Assembly (NCBI GenBank): GCA_026005055.1
Contig: BPKI01000001.1
Coordinates: forward strand, 918,392 to 982,391
DNA: 64,000 nt
Reading direction: 5' to 3'
Source: Lysobacterales bacterium
GTDB taxonomy: Bacteria; Pseudomonadota; Gammaproteobacteria; Xanthomonadales; BPKI01
The stretch's first letter is position 1. Every line of letters starts with the position of its first letter. Shown here in pieces: positions 57,905 to 64,000 of this stretch. The notes below the pieces were generated by a model, which saw only the letters and a list, made by a program, of their open reading frames with translations, had not been told where the DNA came from and did no database searches. The position numbers and the translations under genes are program-made.

Positions 57905-59373
57905 GCATTGCACTCGCCGAATGGATTCCCGAAGCCGACTGGCCCCCATCGCTCGCCGGTCATCGGGCGAATCAGCTCGTCCTCGACAGCCGCCAGGTCG
58001 AGCCGGGCGCGGTGTTCCTCGCCGTTCCTGGTCGTCGCAGCCACGGGCTCGTTCACGCCGAGGAAGCCTTGGCCCGCGGAGCGCGCGTGGTCCTGGCCGA
58101 TCCGCGGGGATATGGAGGAGCGATTCCGGCGACCGGTGTCGTGATCCTGCCCGGTCTCCTCGAGCGGCTGCCGGAGTTGGTGGACCGTTTCTTCGGTTCG
58201 CCCTCGGCTTCGCTCACCGTGATCGGCGTCACCGGGACCAATGGAAAGACCTCGGTGGTGCAGTGCCTCGCCCAGGCATGGCGAGCCCTGGGACACCGCA
58301 GTGCGACCTTGGGCACGCTCGGGGCGGGTGAGCCTGGTGCGCTGGTGTCACTGCCTCTCACCACCCCGGATCTGTGCACGGTGCAGAGTTGGCTCGCCCG
58401 CTTCCGGGCTCGGGGCGTCAGCCACGTCGCCATGGAGGTCTCCTCGCACGCACTCGAACAGGGACGAGTGGCGGGCGTGCGTTTCGAGGGTGCGGTGTTC
58501 ACCAACCTCAGTCGCGACCATCTCGATTATCACGGCTCGATGGACGCCTACGGGGCGGCGAAAGCGCGGCTGTTCCGCTGGCCGGGACTGCGCTTCGCGG
58601 CGATCAATCTCGACGATGCCTTCGGCCGCGAGCTCGCCTTCGATCGTCATGGCCCGACCCTCGGGTTCGGCATCGAGAACGGGGGCGAGGTCTCGGCCCG
58701 AGCCCTCGACCTCTCCGCCGACGGGGTCGCCTTCGATCTCGTCTACGGGCCGTCGCAGGCCCGCGTCCGTTCCGCGTTGCTCGGGCGTTTCAACGTATCG
58801 AACCTGCTCGCCTGCGCCGCCGTCCTTCTCGCCCTGGGCGAGCCTCTGGAAGAGGTCGCGCGGGCGCTCGCCGCGATCGAGCCGGTACCTGGTCGGATGA
58901 ACCGGCGTGGCGGGGGATCCGGCTTGCCGCTCGCGGTGGTGGACTATGCCCACACCCCCGATGCCCTGGCGCAGGCGCTCACCGCGCTGCGCGCCCATAC
59001 CCGCGGGCGTCTGACCGTCGTGTTCGGCTGCGGCGGTGAGCGAGACCGCGGCAAGCGCCCCGAGATGGGCCGCATCGCCGAAGGCCTCGCCGATCGAGTG
59101 ATCCTGACCGACGACAATCCGCGCTGCGAAGACGGCGCTTGCATCCTCGCCGACATCCTCGCGGGCATGGAGCGGCCGGAGGCCGTGAGCGTCGAACGCG
59201 ATCGACGGGCGGCGATCGCGATGGCGATCGCCTCCGCCGGGCCCGAGGACACGGTGCTCATCGCCGGCAAGGGACACGAGCGTTACCAGGAAATGGGGGG
59301 TCGGCGCCTGCCTTTCGACGACCTCGAGGAGGTCGAGCGCGCGCTCTCGCAGCGGAGGGAGGCCTCATGCTGA
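57901..59373 (+). CDS. murE: MurE ligase (meso-DAP type)
   Basis: GVTGTNGKTS, MEVSSHAL, DYAHTPDAL, DNPR, AGKGHE. Confidence 0.97.
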   Translation: MSIALAEWIPEADWPPSLAGHRANQLVLDSRQVEPGAVFLAVPGRRSHGLVHAEEALARGARVVLADPRGYGGAIPATGVVILPGLLERLPELVDRFFGSPSASLTVIGVTGTNGKTSVVQCLAQAWRALGHRSATLGTLGAGEPGALVSLPLTTPDLCTVQSWLARFRARGVSHVAMEVSSHALEQGRVAGVRFEGAVFTNLSRDHLDYHGSMDAYGAAKARLFRWPGLRFAAINLDDAFGRELAFDRHGPTLGFGIENGGEVSARALDLSADGVAFDLVYGPSQARVRSALLGRFNVSNLLACAAVLLALGEPLEEVARALAAIEPVPGRMNRRGGGSGLPLAVVDYAHTPDALAQALTALRAHTRGRLTVVFGCGGERDRGKRPEMGRIAEGLADRVILTDDNPRCEDGACILADILAGMERPEAVSVERDRRAAIAMAIASAGPEDTVLIAGKGHERYQEMGGRRLPFDDLEEVERALSQRREASC

Positions 59374-60731
59374 AGGCGCGGGCAAGCGAGATCGCTCGCT
59401 GGATCGGCGGCGAGTTGAGCGGAACCGATGCCTGGGTCGAAGGTGTGGGCTGCGACAGCCGCACGATCCTTCCCGGACAGCTCTTTGTCGCCCTTGTCGG
59501 TGCGAAAAGCGACGGCCACGAGTTCGCGGCCGAGGCGAGCTCGCGCGGTGCAGCGGCGGTGCTCGCCGAACGCCGCGTGGGGGGCTGTGCAACGCTGATC
59601 CTGCATCGCCAGCCCAAGCTCGCCCTGGGCTTGCTGGCGCGAGCCTGGCGGGAGCGCATGGGCTGCGAGGTGATCGGGGTGGCCGGCTCCTCGGGCAAGA
59701 CCACGGTCAAGGAGCTCATCGCCCGCATCCTCTCCATCCGCCATCCCACCCACGCGAGCCAGGGCAACCTCAATACCGAGGTGGGTCTTCCGCTGGTGAT
59801 CTGCAACGCGCCCGCCGAGTGTCGTCTCCTCGTCCTCGAGATGGGCGAGAGACTCCCCGGAGACGTGGCCTGGCTGGCCTGGATCGGGAGGCCGCAGGTG
59901 GGGGTGATCACGAACATCGGGCCCGCGCATCTGCAATTCCTCGGCTCGATCGACGCCGTGGCCGACACGCTCGCCGCCTTGCCCGCAGCACTCCCGGCGG
60001 CGGGCGTGGCGGTCCTTCCCGCCGAGGACCCCTTCCTCGACCGACTCCTCCGCGACTGCGTGGCGCGCGAGCGCCTTCGCTTCGGGCTATCGAGCGATGC
60101 CGAGGTCCGTGCCGAGGTGCTGAGCCTCTCCGCGGAAGGCAGCCGATTCCGCTTGGTCTCGCCCTTCGGCACGACCGAGATCGGTCTGCCCCTCGCCGGT
60201 CTGCACAACGTGCGCAACGCCACGGCCGCTGCCGCGGCCGCACTCGCTGCCGGTGCGCGCATCGAGGACTGCGCCCAGGGTCTCGAGCGCGCCGAGCCGG
60301 TTTCCGGTCGGCTGCGTGCACACCGCCTGAGCGGCGGGGTCTTGCTGATCGACGACAGCTACAACGCCAACCCGGCCTCGGTCGCCGCCGCGATCGAAAC
60401 GCTGGCGCTTTCGCCTCCGCCCCGGTTCCTGGTGCTCGGGGACATGGCCGAGCTCGGCGAAGCCTCGAGCGAGGCGCACCGGAGCGTCGGACGGCTGGCG
60501 CGCGATCGCGGCATCGAACAGCTCTTCGCCCTGGGGGCGAAGGCGGCGGACGCCGCCCGCGCCTTCGGACGCGGCGGGCGGGCCTTCAGCGATCTCGAGA
60601 CCCTGGTGGAAGCGCTCAAGGCCGAGCTACGGACGGGATCGACGGTGCTGGTCAAGGGCTCGCGCGCGAGCGCGATGGAGCGGGTCATCGCGGCGCTCTC
60701 GGCGCCGGAGGAGGGCCGCCATGTTGCTTGA
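59367..60731 (+). CDS. murF: MurF ligase
   Basis: [32 protein letters not shown]. Confidence 0.96.
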   Translation: MLKARASEIARWIGGELSGTDAWVEGVGCDSRTILPGQLFVALVGAKSDGHEFAAEASSRGAAAVLAERRVGGCATLILHRQPKLALGLLARAWRERMGCEVIGVAGSSGKTTVKELIARILSIRHPTHASQGNLNTEVGLPLVICNAPAECRLLVLEMGERLPGDVAWLAWIGRPQVGVITNIGPAHLQFLGSIDAVADTLAALPAALPAAGVAVLPAEDPFLDRLLRDCVARERLRFGLSSDAEVRAEVLSLSAEGSRFRLVSPFGTTEIGLPLAGLHNVRNATAAAAAALAAGARIEDCAQGLERAEPVSGRLRAHRLSGGVLLIDDSYNANPASVAAAIETLALSPPPRFLVLGDMAELGEASSEAHRSVGRLARDRGIEQLFALGAKAADAARAFGRGGRAFSDLETLVEALKAELRTGSTVLVKGSRASAMERVIAALSAPEEGRHVA

Positions 60732-61803
60732 GCTGAGCCTGTGGCTGCGCGATCTGCACTCCGGCTTCAACGTCTTCCAATACATCACCGTGCGCGCGAT
60801 CCTGGCCGCGCTGACCGCGCTCGCGGTGAGCCTGCTGCTCGGCCCGGCGATGATCCGGATGCTCAGCGAGCGGCAGATCGGCCAGACCATCCGGAACGAT
60901 GGACCGAAGTCCCATCATGGCAAGGCGGGCACGCCGACGATGGGCGGCACGCTGATCATCCTGGCCGTGCTGCTCGCCACCGTCCTGTGGGCGGATCCGG
61001 GCAACCGTTACGTCTGGATCAGCCTCGGGGTCTTGGTGGCTTTCGCGGCGATCGGCTTCGTGGACGATTACCGCAAGCTGGTGCTCAGGGACGCGCGGGG
61101 CTTGCCCGCTCGCTGGAAATATTTCTGGCAGTCGGTGGCCGGTTTGGCCGCGGCGCTCGCCCTTTACGCCACCGCCGACGTCGCTGCCGCGACCCAGTTC
61201 TACGTGCCCTTCTTCAAATCGGTCGCCGTTCCCCTCGGGGCCACTTTCGTCCTTATCGCCTATCTCTGGATCGTGGGGTTCTCGAACGCCGTCAATTTGA
61301 CCGACGGGCTGGATGGACTTGCGATCATGCCCGCCGTCTTGGTGGCCGGCGGTCTCGGCATCTTCGCCTATGCCGCCGGCCATGCCGTCTTCGCCCAGTA
61401 CCTACAGATTCCCGCCGTGCCCGGTGCCGGCGAGCTCGCTGTGCTGTGTGCAGCGATGGTGGGTGCCGGCCTGGGGTTTCTCTGGTTCAACACCTATCCG
61501 GCCCAGGTGTTCATGGGCGACATCGGGGCGTTGGCGATCGGCGCAGCGCTCGGTTGCATCGCCGTCATCGTCCGTCAGGAGCTCGTGCTCGTGATCATGG
61601 GCGGAATCTTCGTGCTCGAGACGCTCTCGGTGATGTTGCAGGTGGCTTCCTTCAAGCTCACCGGAAAGCGGGTGTTCAGGATGGCGCCCTTGCACCACCA
61701 CTTCGAGCTCAAGGGCTGGCCGGAGCCGCGGGTGATCGTTCGCTTCTGGATCATCAGCGTGGTGCTCGTGCTCATCGGGCTCGCCACCCTGAAGGTACGC
61801 TGA
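60721..61803 (+). CDS. mraY: Phospho-N-acetylmuramoyl-pentapeptide transferase
   Basis: [34 protein letters not shown]. Confidence 0.98.
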   Translation: MLLELSLWLRDLHSGFNVFQYITVRAILAALTALAVSLLLGPAMIRMLSERQIGQTIRNDGPKSHHGKAGTPTMGGTLIILAVLLATVLWADPGNRYVWISLGVLVAFAAIGFVDDYRKLVLRDARGLPARWKYFWQSVAGLAAALALYATADVAAATQFYVPFFKSVAVPLGATFVLIAYLWIVGFSNAVNLTDGLDGLAIMPAVLVAGGLGIFAYAAGHAVFAQYLQIPAVPGAGELAVLCAAMVGAGLGFLWFNTYPAQVFMGDIGALAIGAALGCIAVIVRQELVLVIMGGIFVLETLSVMLQVASFKLTGKRVFRMAPLHHHFELKGWPEPRVIVRFWIISVVLVLIGLATLKVR

Positions 61804-61804
61804 G

Positions 61805-62977
61805 ATGGCCGCAGTCTCCGTCGAGGTCGTCGCGGATCCGGGCCCTGCGCCCGAGGTGGATCGTCTCCTGCTGGTTCCGGTGCTGCTGCTCGCGGCGATC
61901 GGCGTGGTGATGGTCGCGTCGGCCTCGCTGCCGATCGCCGAGGCGCGCGGCGTCGGATCGTTCCACTTCCTCGTCCGGCATCTCGGCTATCTCGCGCTGG
62001 GCGCGGCGCTCGCCGCGATCGCCGTCCGCCACTCGCTGTCCTCGCTCGAGCGATTCGGATCGCCGGCCCTGCTGGCGGCATTCGCGATGCTGCCGCTGGT
62101 CTTCGTGCCGGGTCTCGGCCACGAGGTCAACGGCGCGGCTCGCTGGATCCGCATCGGCCCCTTGCAAATGCAGGTGGTCGAGCCGGTGAAGCTGCTGCTG
62201 ATCGTATTCCTGGCCGCTTATCTCGCTCGGCATCAGCAGGCGCTTCAGACGCGTTTCCTCGCCGCCCTCTTGCCTCTGCTCGTGGCCTCGATCCTGGCGG
62301 CGATGCTGCTTTTGCAGCCCGATTTCGGTTCGGCGGTGCTGATCGCGGCCATCGCTGGGGGAATGCTTTGGCTCGGCGGGGCGCGGGTGCGCTTCCTGAT
62401 CGCTCCGGCTCTGCTCGCGCTTCCGGTGCTCGCATGGGCGGCGCTGAGCGAGGGTTATCGGCTCCGCCGACTCACCTCTTTCCTCGATCCCTGGTCCGAT
62501 CCTTTCCGAGACGGCTTCCAGCTCACCCAGGCGCTCATCGCGGTGGGCCGAGGCGAATGGTTGGGGGTGGGGCTCGGCGCTTCGGTCCAGAAGCTTTACT
62601 ACCTGCCGGAGGCGCACAACGACTTCATGGTCGCCGTGTTCGCCGAGGAATTCGGTCTGCTCGGACTCGCGGTGCTGATCGGCTTGTTTTCGCTCCTGGT
62701 CGGGCGGAGCTTCGTCTTGGCGATGAGATTGCATGCGGCAGGAAGAGGTTTCGCCGCCCATCTGATGTTCGGCATCGCGCTCTGGATCGGCTTGCAGGCG
62801 CTGGTCTCGATCGGCGTCAATCTCGGGGTTCTGCCCACGAAGGGACTCACGCTGCCCCTGATCAGCTCTGGAGGCTCCAGTCTGGTCGTGACGCTGATCG
62901 CCGTCGGCTTGCTGCTGGCGGGAAGCCGAGAGGCGGCCGCCGCGGCCGCTGGAATGCCGACGGAGGCGAAGCGATGA
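61805..62977 (+). CDS. ftsW: SEDS peptidoglycan polymerase FtsW
   Basis: VNGAARWI, QPDFG, YLPEAHNDF, LPTKGLTLPLISSGGSS. Confidence 0.96.
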   Translation: MAAVSVEVVADPGPAPEVDRLLLVPVLLLAAIGVVMVASASLPIAEARGVGSFHFLVRHLGYLALGAALAAIAVRHSLSSLERFGSPALLAAFAMLPLVFVPGLGHEVNGAARWIRIGPLQMQVVEPVKLLLIVFLAAYLARHQQALQTRFLAALLPLLVASILAAMLLLQPDFGSAVLIAAIAGGMLWLGGARVRFLIAPALLALPVLAWAALSEGYRLRRLTSFLDPWSDPFRDGFQLTQALIAVGRGEWLGVGLGASVQKLYYLPEAHNDFMVAVFAEEFGLLGLAVLIGLFSLLVGRSFVLAMRLHAAGRGFAAHLMFGIALWIGLQALVSIGVNLGVLPTKGLTLPLISSGGSSLVVTLIAVGLLLAGSREAAAAAAGMPTEAKR

Positions 62978-64000
62978 GCCAAGCGCCCGTCCTCATCCTC
63001 GCAGGCGGCACTGGCGGTCACGTGTTCCCTGCGCTGGCGGTGGCCGAGGCGCTTCGCGGCCTGGGCGCGAGCGTGCACTGGTTGGGCGCCGCCGATCGCC
63101 TGGAAAGCCGGGTGGCCATGCAAAACGGCATCCCCTTCACGGGTATCGAGGTGGCGGCTTTGCGCGGTCGGGGAATCGCTCGCTGGCTGGCGGCGCCCTG
63201 GCAGCTCTCGCGGGCGCTGGTCGAGGCGATGCGCCGCCTTCGCGCGATCGCGCCTCGTGTGGCCCTGGGCTTCGGCGGTTTCGCCGCCGGCCCCGGGGCG
63301 CTCGCGGCGCGTCTCCTCGGGATTCCGCTGCTGATCCATGAACAGAATCGCGTTCCCGGCTTGACCAACCGGGTTCTGGCGAGACTCGCGCGCCGCGTGC
63401 TGTGCGGCTTTCCGGATGCTTTCCCGAAATCGCGCTGCGGCGAGTGGACCGGCAACCCGGTGCGAGCGGAAATCGCGGCTCTGCCGCCCCCGGAGGCGAG
63501 GCTGGCTCGACGCGAGGGACGGCACCGTTTGCTGGTGCTCGGCGGCAGTCAGGGTGCCGCCTTCCTCAACCGCACCGTGCCGGTGGCGCTCGCGCGTCTC
63601 GCTCCGTCCCAGCGTCCCGAAGTCATCCACCAATGCGGGGCCGCGCATCGCGAAGACTGCCTGGCTGCTTACGCCAAGGCCGGGGTCGAGGCGCGAGTCG
63701 AGCCTTTCCTTGAGGACATGGCCGCGGCCTATGGCTGGGCCGATCTCGTGCTCGCCCGCGCCGGAGCCTCGACCCTGGCCGAAATCACCGCCGCTGGTCT
63801 CGCCTCAATCCTCGTCCCTTTCCCCTACGCGGTGGACGACCACCAGACGCGCAACGCGGATTTCCTGGTCGAGCACGGAGCGGCTGTGCGCATCCGCGAG
63901 GCGGAGCTCGATCCCGATGGACTGGCCGGCTGGTTCACGACGCTGCTCGGCGACGAACGGCGACGGCTCGCGATGGCGAAGGCGGCGCGTGCCCTCGCCC
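62974..64000 (+). CDS. murG: MurG glycosyltransferase (3' truncated by window edge; absent from ORF track)
   Basis: Read directly from sequence: ATG 62974 MSQAPVLILAGGTGGHVFPALAVA, HEQN, GGSQGA, RAGASTLAE, DDHQTRNA. Confidence 0.96.
   Translation, partial: MSQAPVLILAGGTGGHVFPALAVAEALRGLGASVHWLGAADRLESRVAMQNGIPFTGIEVAALRGRGIARWLAAPWQLSRALVEAMRRLRAIAPRVALGFGGFAAGPGALAARLLGIPLLIHEQNRVPGLTNRVLARLARRVLCGFPDAFPKSRCGEWTGNPVRAEIAALPPPEARLARREGRHRLLVLGGSQGAAFLNRTVPVALARLAPSQRPEVIHQCGAAHREDCLAAYAKAGVEARVEPFLEDMAAAYGWADLVLARAGASTLAEITAAGLASILVPFPYAVDDHQTRNADFLVEHGAAVRIREAELDPDGLAGWFTTLLGDERRRLAMAKAARALA

Overview
High-GC, very compact gammaproteobacterial chromosome segment, most likely Xanthomonadales/Lysobacterales (xps-type T2SS order E-F-G-H-I-J-K-L-M-N-D, no murD between mraY and ftsW). 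Left third (1-21.7 kb): a type II secretion operon followed by an uncharacterised lipoprotein, a strongly expressed S-layer-like secreted protein with its own promoter and terminator, a Cys-rich InlB-B-repeat secreted protein, a parvulin PPIase, and a Wzm/Wzt + glycosyltransferase + methyltransferase glycan cluster. I propose this block as a candidate S-layer secretion/folding/anchoring system; that is the main finding and it is an inference. Middle: ettA, two accessory genes, glyA-nrdR-ribD-ribE-ribB(X)-ribH-nusB-thiL-pgpA, lpoA-yraN-BON-FAD oxidase-UDG, rsmI, a CDGSH Fe-S protein coupled to an RND pump, a large propeller-PAS-GGDEF-EAL protein, UPF0149-pepP, and DUF1631-PilZ-ApbE-pepQ. Right end: dcw cluster mraZ to murG (truncated). 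I saw no rRNA, tRNA, CRISPR array or mobile element. All calls come from motif recognition by eye; no database searches were run.
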